Made by a program: the position numbers and the translations under genes
Part shown: positions 10,101 through 21,502 of the stretch, piece by piece
How the letters are laid out: every line of letters starts with the position of its first letter
How positions within the stretch are numbered: the first letter of the stretch is position 1
Notes under the pieces: generated by a model
The model's database searches: none
What the model was told of the DNA's origin: nothing
Seen by the model: only the letters and a program-made list of their open reading frames with translations
NCBI GenBank assembly: GCA_900617105.1
Contig: UYFQ01000475.1
Coordinates: 1-46,770 of the forward strand
DNA from: Hydrurus foetidus
Taxonomy: Eukaryota
Length of the DNA stretch: 46,770 nt
Reading direction: 5' to 3'

Positions 10101-13100
10101 ATTTAAATTTGCATTATTCCGTTCCGGTAAAACTTGAATACGGATCCTACTTTTCTTGTCCCGGTCTTTAACAATGATAGGTTCAAATATACAACCAGAC
10201 GATACCCAAGGAAAACCAAATCTGCACACTTCTAAGTGCTTAGAGCAATACTTAAAACACGTAAAACAACACCTGTGGAACTGATTTGCAATTTGTATAC
10301 GCCGATAATGACGCTGTACATTTATGTCCGAAAATTCCCCACCAAAATCGCGGAAATAATTCCAAGCTGAATGAAAAGGTTCTCGTGATGGGTGACCCTC
10401 GTCACTGAAATAATCTCGCGAAGGATTCCAATTGAAATTCATCTCATCCAACATTTTCTCATTAATCTGTTGAATGTCATTTCCTTCAATGTCAAATGCA
10501 TCAACCCGTGCCACCAAGTTTGCACGAACAACACTACTCACATACATTTTAACTTTCTTCTGCTCATCTAGATCATCACAATCGACTGACTTCGCACTTA
10601 TTCCATCATTTTTCGAAATGCAGATTAAACTGTGGACGTGAGGAGTACCGCGTGCCTGATACTTTATATTATATGATAATCATGACAGGAAAATATTAGA
10701 AAATATCCATGGTGAAAACTTAAAATTAAAAAAAATTCAAAGTTACCTCGACTCTTCGCCAGAAATCGGTAATGTCACCAAATGGCTTCGCTTTCCCCAT
10801 TAAGATGTACTTCCATATACACTCTTGTTTAATGTCAAATAACCGCGCGACTAATGCTGGATGACTTCTTAGAAAGTCCAATCGAGCAGAAGCACTAAGA
10901 GTCAAAGCCTAATATTAACCGAATGAAATCAAATTATTTAAAAAAAAAACCCTTACCGAAAAAAATAATAAAAGAAAGTGATTACCTTTTCGGTTCTCAA
11001 CCCCCATGATTCAACTGAATTGTCACAAATAGGACTTTGCACTACTTCGTAAAATCTATTTTTGAACATATCTGCAGGAGCTACAGTAAAAAATAACCTC
11101 CACATTCCCAAATTATTGATAATAGGCGACGGAATCATTGCCATAAGTTTATTACGTTCATGAGAGATATGAGTTACACTGCCTTGCAGAGACTGAGAAT
11201 ATGGTATTAAACGTCTTATAAGCTTCTGCATTTCCTTCTCATCATGTTTATTTCCGATAGGATTATCTTTTAGAACTTTATTAATGTAATCTGGGCCAAC
11301 ATTATTACAATTCAGTTGACTGCTTTCAGAAGTATCAACCAAATAACTCAATAAATTGTTAATATCACTAATATTCGGAGTGACCTCAGGTTCAAGAACA
11401 GAACCGTCCAAATTTCTCTTTTGTGCAACATAGGCAACACCGCCAATCTTTCGCTTCATTTCCATATTATACAAAGTAAATATAAAATTAGATGACTGCT
11501 GAAAACGCCTCGGACTTGGACCACCACCTAAACATAACATATGTTTGGTATACTTTGCAACACTCATAAAACCACTTGATTTATCACTGGGACACCCTCG
11601 ACCGTATGGATACAACGTAGCAAAACAACGTGATAGATAAAACTCTGGGTTCTTAAATTGACAGACAAATTCATGATTATTTCTTCGCTCAACATTGCCT
11701 TTTGCCGGATCAATTAATGTTTTACATAAATCTTCAATATGGGATACAACAGTATCGGGAACCTCCAACAAAATTTCATTTTCCTTTCCAAATGAACCTG
11801 TATAAAAAAATAAAAATCAAATATAGATCACAATAAAAATGAAAATACGCTAGAATTATCACAATAACAAATTCACACAAAAAATTACCTGTATTAGTTG
11901 TATATACATCAGACAATAATTCATCATCAGATGAATCGTTACCATAATCATTGACGTCATCATCGGTAATTTCAATAAAAGGTATGTCAACCGGACACAC
12001 TGTTGACTGCCAAAACAAAATATCATTTGGCCACACTAAATCAATTTTCTCATATAGATGATTATGCTTCTTGAGCCAGTTTAGAGCAGTAAAAACTGTA
12101 AAAGGCCGATAAGTATAATCTTTTCCTATTAAGTCCTTCTTATGTCGCAAAATAGCTGTATCCTCAATAGAAGGCATTCGCGGTAGACGCTTCGCAACGG
12201 AAGCCAAATCATTAATTATAGTGTAACATGTACATCCCTTCATCTTATAATGTTTCCCTCCTGCAGGGACCATTTTGGTTATAGCTGAATAGATATTAAT
12301 CATACTCTCCTCAACAGTAGTTAACCCAGTTAGCTCAACAGGAATTGATCCAGTAAAAAGACCGTTAAATAGACATAATTTTGGAATTAAAGACCCATAA
12401 TTAACCTCACCGTCGTCTGAAACTGCATCACAAGGAGGGTCACTACCAACTTGAGATGAAGAACCTTCAATATCACCATAGACTGCATTGTCAGTTACCG
12501 TGCTTTTTAGATTACCTCTCTTGGACTTCAACTGATTACAACAACTTCCACAGAGATATTCTAGACCTTTAATAAGGCCATTGTCGAAATAAGATTTCAG
12601 CTCTTCGATGAAAATGATATCATAAGCTGTACTGTATGCACCAACAGACGTCAAATTTAGGAATCTCTCTTTTAAACCTGAATTCTTAATCATACCCTCA
12701 TACTCAACCAATGTCTTGGACCCAGTAAAAGAACCTTCATGTCCACATATTGCACAAACAATAAATCTGGTGGCATCATTATAACTTTTTAAATAAAGTG
12801 AAGCATCACTGGCACACATTCCACTACGTTCTTGGACAGACGGGTGGCGGACTTTTCCCTGTCGAAATAAATCTCGTTTTTCTTTACGGATCCTTCTTCT
12901 TTCATTTACATCACAGCCAGATGGATCAGAAAATCGCGGCATGACAAACGGTCTACATCGACTACTTGCGGTTAAAGTTGGACTAGATGCAATAACAGAC
13001 GGAATTCCACAATTCCCTGGAATTTCTGACAAAATCCTTCTAGGAGATGATGATATAAGCGAACGACGTCTTTTCATATTTTTCGACTTTTTACATCGTA

Positions 13101-14385
13101 GTGCAATTTTTCTATTGTATTCAGACATTTCTTCAGCAACAATTGATATAGGCCAACAACAATCAACACCTTCCGAATTCGCATTCACTCTAAAACCATC
13201 GACTAAAGAGTCATAATGGCAATTCCCAGAATAAAGAATATTAATCATATGATGACCCACGTCGAACCCACGACACCCATATGTGCCCAGCAATCGATAA
13301 AATACACCATTTAACATTCTCTCATAGATAGACACTCCTATAGAAAACATTTCAGCTAAGATTGCAATCTCGAAAGAGCCGCCCCATTCCTCTTTATTCA
13401 ACATTTTTCGGTAGTAGGCCTCGCAACTGGAACCATCCATCAAAAGGGCTTCAGAGATAGTCCGCACTATGTCTGGAGTCAAACTAACAAGCACCTCACC
13501 GTTATCCCTCAGGAAATTACATATGTTCTCCCTCAACTCGAAACCAGAAAGCTCGTCGTGATCAGACGTAACAACACCGCTGTACCACATGCAATAACTC
13601 AAAGCATGGAAAAGTGAAGTACTGTCGACAGAGTGATTCACGATACGTGCATCTTTCAGCAGTACAAGACCGATCTGCTCAACACAGACATTAGAACTTC
13701 GTAGAACACCGAGACAGACTTTTTTGCTTACGCTATGAGATGACGTGACAGCTGCCGTAGATGACTTAACCCTCTTCGACTTATTCCATAAACGAGTAAT
13801 ACCGATATTATAATTAAACATTTCCTCCGCGACAACCGACCTAGTTCCACAAAAAACTTCGCCATCAATAACACCATTGGCAATAGAGCCACCGACTAAA
13901 GAGTCATAATGGCAATTCCCAGAATAAAGAATATTAATCATATGGGACCCCTCAGTGAACCCAAAGCACCTGAACGAACCGATAGAATGAAAGCATCCAA
14001 TAATCGGCGTACGCTCATAGATAGACACTCCTATAGAAAACATTTCAGCTAAGATTGCAATCTCGAAAGAGCCGCCCCATTCCTCTTTATTCAACATTTT
14101 TCGGTAGTAGGCCTCGCAACTGGAACCATCCATCAAAAGGGCTTCAGAGATAGTCCGCACTATGTCTGGAGTCAAACTAACAAGCACCTCACCGTTATCC
14201 CTCAGGAAATTACATATGTTCTCCCTCAACTCGAAACCAGAAAGCTCGTCGTGATCAGACGTAACAACACCGCTGTACCACATGCAATAACTCATAGAGT
14301 GAAACAAGCAGCTATTATCACCGCGCTGCTTAACGATGTGAGCATCTCTCAGGAAAACGTCGACAGACAAACCAGAATGACTCAT
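7124..14385 (-). CDS. Helitron-like RepHel transposase (2x OTU, Rep HUH, PIF1-type helicase), 6 exons, ~2283 aa
   Basis: Exons 14385-11889, 11797-10986, 10908-10747, 10661-9767, 9674-7692, 7626-7124 join via GT-AG introns with consistent phase. Rep motifs FFTV, FWRRVE/YQARGTPHVH, YVASYASK; helicase GEGGTGKS, LDEISM, GDFYQLKP, QGST. Confidence 0.9.
13199..14345 (-). repeat. Tandem duplicated OTU-like cysteine protease domain (period 693 bp)
   Basis: 13321-13601 reads identical to 14014-14294; second identical block 13201-13251 vs 13894-13944; motifs GDNSCLF, WGG, HYDSL. Confidence 0.92.
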
Positions 14386-16468
14386 TGAGTATAATAACCC
14401 AGCTATACTGAAACCAAGAACTCAAAATGTAGATACAAAACAAGACGACCTCACGCATGGAATTCATACCAAGAACACGACATCCTTCGCACATAGCAAG
14501 CTTTGACGACGCCAAAATTCATATGAACGACGTCAAAAAGCAGCTAGGAAACTGAGGGTTGCAATCTTTTTTTTAAAATTTCCCATACCGTCTCCTCCCA
14601 TATGTTTTCCGAGAAAACTGGAAATAGGCCTCATACTGATCCAAGCTCTCGGCCACACTAAGCATACCTCAACAATGCAATGTTCTAGCAAGATATCACT
14701 CAATTGACCATATCTGCGGAATTTGAAGGTACTGATCGAAGCAAGCTTCCCTGCTCTCTATGTGAGAGTGATAACTTTTTAATTTATCGAAAATTCATGA
14801 TAATCCGCTGAGATAGCGGAAGCCTCTCAAAATCGCGTTTGATGACCAAATTCCACTATTTTTTCTGCCACAGATTAGAGGAGACCCAGTGAGATCGATT
14901 TCAATATGCTGTTAGTACCAGATTCCCAAAAGTGCTACGACTTTGGGTCGCCCGAGGTAATTTTCTCCAGCCTTCTTGAAATCATTCGCAAGAAAGTTGC
15001 AGATGACGCCTTTGCGTTGCGAAATCAGCGCTTTTGACGTCGCCAATGATTTGAACCGACCACTAATTACTCCACGCAGATCTTCTTTGATACCGATAGT
15101 CATGCTGCGGGCGTGGCTTCGTTCAACTTTAAAAAATTTCACCATAGATATGCGCACCATGTCTATTACAGTAATCTCCTAAGAAATATCATTATTCATG
15201 TGCTCTGAATTTTTTAAGTCTCCTTGGAAGTCCATATGAAGTCTTGGATCAAAGCGGGGAAGCAAATACAGTGATGGTAACCTTGGAAAACCCAGAAATG
15301 TCGATTCTGCCCCGAAGTGGTTTAGAGAGAAAGAAAGAAGGCGAATTGAAAGATCGATTAATTAATTACAACAGCACGTAGGGTAAAAAGACAGTGCATT
15401 AAGAGGTCATCAAATGAAAGCAATCAATTCAAATGACGCGCAATTAATATGTCGCCCGCATCACATGAGATGGATGGCATGATTCCTACTCTTGGGCGCA
15501 GCTGATCTGGCGTATCATCGATATCTGTGAGAGATAGACAGAAAAAAAATGCAAGAGCTTCGCCTAGTGTCATAAATGGCTTTGTTAGTCAAGATTCAGT
15601 CAGGAATTGAAATCAAATCACAGTTCATTTGAGGTGAAGATTAATGATAGGCAATCGAACACTTGTCAAAGATGCAGCATTACGAGCTACATAGTAGCCA
15701 GCAGGTAGCAGGCTTTGACGTCGATCTGCAGGCATGTCCTTCCTCATCTGATATCCCGTGGTCGAGAGCAAAGGATCTCTTGGCTTCGCACCTGAAGCTG
15801 TGCAAAATGATCATGCTTGAGATTATAAACGATCACGTAAATTAAGCATTTAAAAGCAGAGAGAGCACCAATCTGGTAGCACTCGACGGATTTGTATGCT
15901 AAAATATATTTATGGACATAAACGGGAGCCAAAAGGACAATCGAATATGCAGGAGTCACAGTATTGATCCCCTCACCTAATCAAGACGATTTCTTGCGAT
16001 CCGATTTCCGGCGGAAGCTTTCCTCAGATCCCAATGCTCCTCAAATCACCCACCAAGTACAGCAAATAAATCAATTCGCACGACTCAGAAGCTGATTAGG
16101 TGAAGAGCTGATGATGCTGTTGTATTGTGAGTTTGAAGGTGAGTTCAATATAAAAATATTACTGAAAATATAATTCGCATGGTTGATTATAACCCGGATC
16201 CTTGCATTTCTGCAGCCATATTATTTGACCTTTCTCCATATAGAGGTGGAACCACCATAAAGGTTTATCCCCCAATTCGTATTCTGTATTTTGAATAACC
16301 GTATAGATCACAAACCCCGAACCAACCGGTTGAATCTATGTTAAACTTTATTTATTCTGCTTTGGTAATATTTCCTGTGACCCTGCTTCGCTACAAGTTA
16401 TAATTATAGACGTAAGTTTAGTTTCAAGCGAAATTACAACCGCAGCAAACAGAAGCTGTTGAGGAATC

Positions 16469-16798
16469 ATGAATTGCCTGCTCCTCCATGTTTTCCTCGT
16501 CGTTTTATGTCACCTTAGCAATGTGGATGGGTTCAAAGTTATGCCTTTTCGTGCAGCAGCAATGATTCCGACATCGTCACATCTCGAGAAGAAAGGAAGT
16601 TTCGGCGGGATGCTCAGGTCAAACAGACCGTCCGCTCCTTCAGCCCTACAACAAACAAGCGATAATGATACGGCAAAAAGCGGTGGAATTGAGCCAAAAT
16701 ATCTCGGAGCGCTAGGAGTTTTCATTTTCGCTGCTCTGTATGATTTTTTCATAACACATGGAGGACAACCGTACCTGGCACATCCACCTACCCTGTGA
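16469..16798 (+). CDS. Small putative plastid-targeted single-pass membrane protein (109 aa)
   Basis: Hydrophobic signal peptide ending VDG-F, Ser/Arg/Ala-rich transit-like segment, C-terminal helix YLGALGVFIFAALYDFFI; convergent with GlyRS. Confidence 0.65.
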   Translation: MNCLLLHVFLVVLCHLSNVDGFKVMPFRAAAMIPTSSHLEKKGSFGGMLRSNRPSAPSALQQTSDNDTAKSGGIEPKYLGALGVFIFAALYDFFITHGGQPYLAHPPTL

Positions 16799-17105
16799 TC
16801 TACTGGAAAGTTTACTAAATGGTGCCGCCCTACACAGAGGACTTACTCTAACTGGTATACACCACCTCTCTCTACTTTTCCCTCATTAAGTTCCTTTCAA
16901 CTCTCGAACATATTCGCATTGCAGAAGTCTACCATTAGGCATCTTTTTCACGACGTGTATTGACCGAAAGGTCCGCTGTCGCTTTTTTCTTTGTCTAGTC
17001 TATTTGTGTCATTGATTATTCAAGAGGCAAAATGTGACGTACATGTTCAGATATAACCCGACCAATTATGAATTAAGTACGTTTACAAAACTCAATGAGA
17101 CTTTC

Positions 17106-20100
17106 TCAGATACCATCGATCTCCTTGGAAAGAAAAGGGAATAAGTCGTCGATTTTTATTCTAATCTGCTCCATAGAGTCTCTACTGCGCACCGTGACAG
17201 AATCGTCATCTAATGAGTCGTAATCAACGGTGACGCAAAATGGTGTGCCCTGCTCATCTGCGCGACGATATCTTCTCCCAATTGCACCTATGTATGATTT
17301 ACGAACAGAGAAATGATTGAGGAGGCGTGGATTGGTCGCGCCTAACGTTGAGTCTGCGAGTTTAGTATCAGTAACATTGACGAAGAATGCATAAGCACCT
17401 GACGTGTCCCACTCGCACATATACCGCATCTGTAACTTGGTGTAGAGATTTTTCGCCTTTTCCGTCAGCTCTGGCTTGTTGTTCACAAGTGGGAAGACGC
17501 TAACTTTGATAGGCGCTATGGACGGATGAAAGCCGAGGACTACTCTGGTGGAATCATCCACAACCTCTTCTCTGTAAGCGGAGGTGAGAAGTGCAAGAAA
17601 AAGCCTATCCACTCCAATCGAAGGCTCAATGCAATGAGGAATATATTTTCTATTGTTCGCAGCATCGAAATACTCCATAGTTTTGCCGGATGCATTTCCA
17701 TGCTGTGTGAGGTCAAAGTTGCCTCTAGCGGCCACGCCCATTAGTTCCTGATCAGAAGTAATAGAACAGGAAGAACGAACATAATGTACTGGGCATTAAC
17801 ATGTCAGTATCAGGGGAAATCAATCAAATGAGATGATGAGAAAGATGACTGTATGCTCATTTAGTACGATTGTCAATGACCCATCTGCGGGGCTACTCAG
17901 TGACTTCAATTCGCTCTGACATTCAACCTAAAGCACAATAGGAGAATGTGCTTGTGTTCTCTACCCATCATAGAGGCCGTTATAAATCACCTGAGTCCCA
18001 AAGGGAAATTTGAAAAGAATGTCGGTGCAAGCTCTGGCGTAGTGGGCGAGCTTGTCGTCAGCATGTACGCACTTCGACATGAATTTCTATTGCATGTTGA
18101 AACGAGTTAAAGTTACTGATAACGAAGTCAGAGTATATGGAACTCTGCGTATTAAAGTGTAAAGCATGATTGTTCACAGAAGTTGTCTTGAAGAAGATCT
18201 TCAATGGGTTGTGACGATTCCTCTTCACAGAGTAGTAAAACCATTCGCGTGCACAGCAGTTTACGTTCTCTCTCACCTCTTTCAGTCCGATGCTGACAAG
18301 CCAGCTCCAGCTCTCCTCAATCCATTTCTGATGAAACTGCAATATTGATGTTCATTCTTTTACAGGTAGACTAAAAAGAGCGGATGTGGAGGATTGACAG
18401 TGCTGTTCTATTCCGTTGTCCGTCACAGGTGGTACGCTCATTCGCGAGTAAAAAAATCACTACCTCTTATCAACGCAAGCATAAGATAATGAAAATCAAA
18501 TTACAATGTAGAGTGTCGATTTATCAAGATTTTGATTCTTCTATGAAAGATATCACAAGTGAGTTGTGTTGATCATTCTTACCGGTCCCCAATCCTCATC
18601 ACCATCAGGTATGAAGTATTCTATTTCCATTTGCTCAAATTCTCTGGATCGGAATATGAAGTTCCGGGGTGTGATTTCATTTCTGAATGCTTTACCAATC
18701 TGAGCTATTCCAAAAGGTATCTAATTTTTGTGACAAGAGGAATTAAATTGTGATTTTAGTACTTATGTGGTACGCAGGAAATCATAGAAAAATCAGAAGA
18801 ATGGTCAGGTGCAAAGTCGAGTCAGATATAGCCATTATCATCTTTTTAACTCCAACTGAATGCTGGAGCTGTATGAGCGCAAGGATAATTATCATCATGT
18901 ATCTCAGCAATGAGATGTTTGTATGGTGAGTAAATTACGCCGACAAATACATTTCAGAAAAAAAATAATAATACAGCACCTTCATTCTGGCAGTTCTTTG
19001 AACACTAGCGAAATTTGTGAAGATACCCTGATAAATTGGGGAAAATTTTTGGAGGCTTTTAAGGTGGTAGTGAGCAATAAGGATGTGCTGTAGTCATTCC
19101 ATTTTGACGTTACTGCTCTACAGTACCGGCAGTGCTTTTACCAATTATCATTTAAGTATTTCTCACAATAATTCCATGCAGTAAAAATGGAATAAAGAGC
19201 CAGTTCCGCGCAATACCTGAGCAGTTTCTGGCCTCAAATACGCTACTGCAGAAGCATCACTCATTGCACCCACGCTAGTCTGGAACATCAAATTGAAATC
19301 CCTCGGTAGTGTTAAGTCTCCCTCCTCTCCAGTGGCAGGACTCGGTATTCTGCTGTAGATGTCCGCAGGTGCCTCTGTAAGATCACGCAGAATTAGCTCT
19401 TTGAAAGGCCCAGTGACTCCAGCCTTCTTTGCTTTTTTCACGGCAGCTTTTGTTGCATCTTCAACCATGGTGTCAGATTCCATAATTGAGACGTAGCAGC
19501 CCTCTACTCCTTCACTTGTCTCTAACTTGCCCCAGAACACTTGATCTGCTCTATATCTCAACTTCGACTGTTTGCAGTCCACCATGGGATCCGAAAATCC
19601 AGCTATATGTCCGGATGCTTTCCAAATAGCAGGGGATGCAATAATTGAGCTATCAAGTCCTACAACATCATCTCTACGTTGAACCATATCTCTCCACCAT
19701 AATTTCTTAATATTGTTTTTCAGTTCAACTCCAAGAGGTCCGTAATCAAAGAATCCTGCCATAGGGCTGTAGATTTCGCTTGATTGGAAAACAAAACCTT
19801 TCCTTTTACATAAATTCGTCAAGTCCTCCATCTTGAAAGGAAGGACATCCTCATCCGCTTCGACGGCAGCTGCCAAATTAACTGCTGGCCGCGCATTCGA
19901 TTTAGACTGTCGAAGCTATTGCACGGTTGAGGTTAGAATGTCATTCAGAATAAAATTAAGATTCTTGGTAGCTACAGGTTGGATTGTCTTCGCTCGGAGA
20001 CCTTCCCCTGATTTCACCTGGACGTTGCAGATGCCTGAGAGTTCAAATCAATACCGAAAATTAAAGACCAAAGCGAAAAATGGAAGGACGTATGGGGATC

Positions 20101-20199
20101 TCGCGAAATACCTCTTGATGCCCGATTATGACGTGAAAAAGCACCCGTTGAAGAAAGTATTGCTGCGCACATGATGCAGCCTATTGATGCCTTCAACAT
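17106..20199 (-). CDS. glyQS: Glycyl-tRNA synthetase, alpha2 (class IIa) type, with bipartite plastid-type leader; 9 exons
   Basis: Exons 20199-20112, 20034-20018, 19915-19217, 19027-18980, 18720-18583, 18336-18277, 18086-17991, 17747-17399, 17287-17106 splice in frame. Motifs [71 protein letters not shown]. Confidence 0.95.
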
Positions 20200-21502
20200 A
20201 GCGGGAGTTCGACCTTACGATTAGGTAGTAGCTTTCGAGATGGAGCTTTTCGTATAGTTGAAAAACTGTAACTGGTCAGTGTACTCGATACTCATGCACT
20301 CGTCAAGCAAAGGACATCGTGTCAGAAATCCACGGTTCAGGAATAGTCCCACTTCTTTGGCGGAAAGTTCTACTAGATTAAACCGCGTAGGCGTAGCGTA
20401 CTTACGTACGTGCACTTAGTCGTAAGTAAGGTATACCCGTCACGGGCAGCCCTGCTGTGATGCTGTGATCCTCCCGCAGAGACAATTCTCCATAACGCAT
20501 TTCTATTCTGATGTCAGGAGCGCAATGTCGACAGGACCTAGGAAGCTCACTTGGTAGAATGCCATCAGATTGGGCGCCGATCTTCATTGGCGATTCGGGT
20601 TCGAAACTTAGTGTTCATGACTTCGGAAAACAATGTCGCACAGAAGCGGTGGTGCTGCGGCCCCCAGTCAAAGATGTTTCATTTTCTTCATCCAGATGAG
20701 AGGTCCGAGAATTTGTCATCAAAATGTAACTGAACAATGCCGGAATCGACGGGAGCAGACAACAGTATCGGCATCTCAAATAATAATCAGACAATCGAGA
20801 AAAGAGTCGTGAAGCAATCGAGAACGCCGAAAAGAAGTCTACCAAGCTCAGCAGCAAAAGCATTTTCATGATTCAGAATAGTTGACAGCAATCAAGTGGC
20901 GCGCACACGACATCTTGAATCTTGGATGCCTTTGAAGGCATCTTTGGATATGTATGCAAAGAATAGAGTGCCTCGTGCTCTTTGAGAGTACGAGCACAAC
21001 AGGATCGAGATTGGGAGTGTTCGCAACGCATTATGTAACAGGAACTCCAGCTCTCATTTGCTAGACCATCGGAACATTATTTTGAATGTGAGAAGCAGTC
21101 TAAATATACAGAATTTCTTTTGAAAACTCAGGTAAAAATGCACGCGGCCATCCCATCACCTTCGCAAACTCCTGTGCAGAAAAACTCGCTTCAACCTAAA
21201 AATAGACTGAAATACTGCTCTATTATTGCCGATGTAGTCTGCGTTGAAGCGTTGGAGCCCTGGGTTCGGCCGACACCTTAAAACTCTAATAGTCAATTTC
21301 ACGATGCATGAGGCTGCAACTTGGAGATATCTCTCGCGTCCTATCATTCACTCAATGTAGCTTCCTCTCCGACGTAGAAATTGAAGAAGCATTTGAATTC
21401 TGTTTAGAATGGCATCCACTGCTTGAGATAGACGTCAAAGGACCACGTACTGCTGAGCTGTAACATCACAACATAACACATGCTGTTCACTGTACGTACG
21501 TA

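Noticed and set aside
14700..16200. Possible spliced minus-strand host gene
   Set aside because: Some splice-like sites and short ORFs exist, but I could not assemble a consistent frame or recognise a domain.
20280..20360. tRNA or U3 snoRNA gene around the 22-mer
   Set aside because: GGTTCAG resembles a T-loop but no complementary stems form a cloverleaf, and U3 boxes are not convincingly present.
20615..20869. 84-aa ORF with a signal-peptide-like start (SAF)
   Set aside because: No recognisable mature domain or consistent exon chain; possibly a pseudogene, but unsupported.
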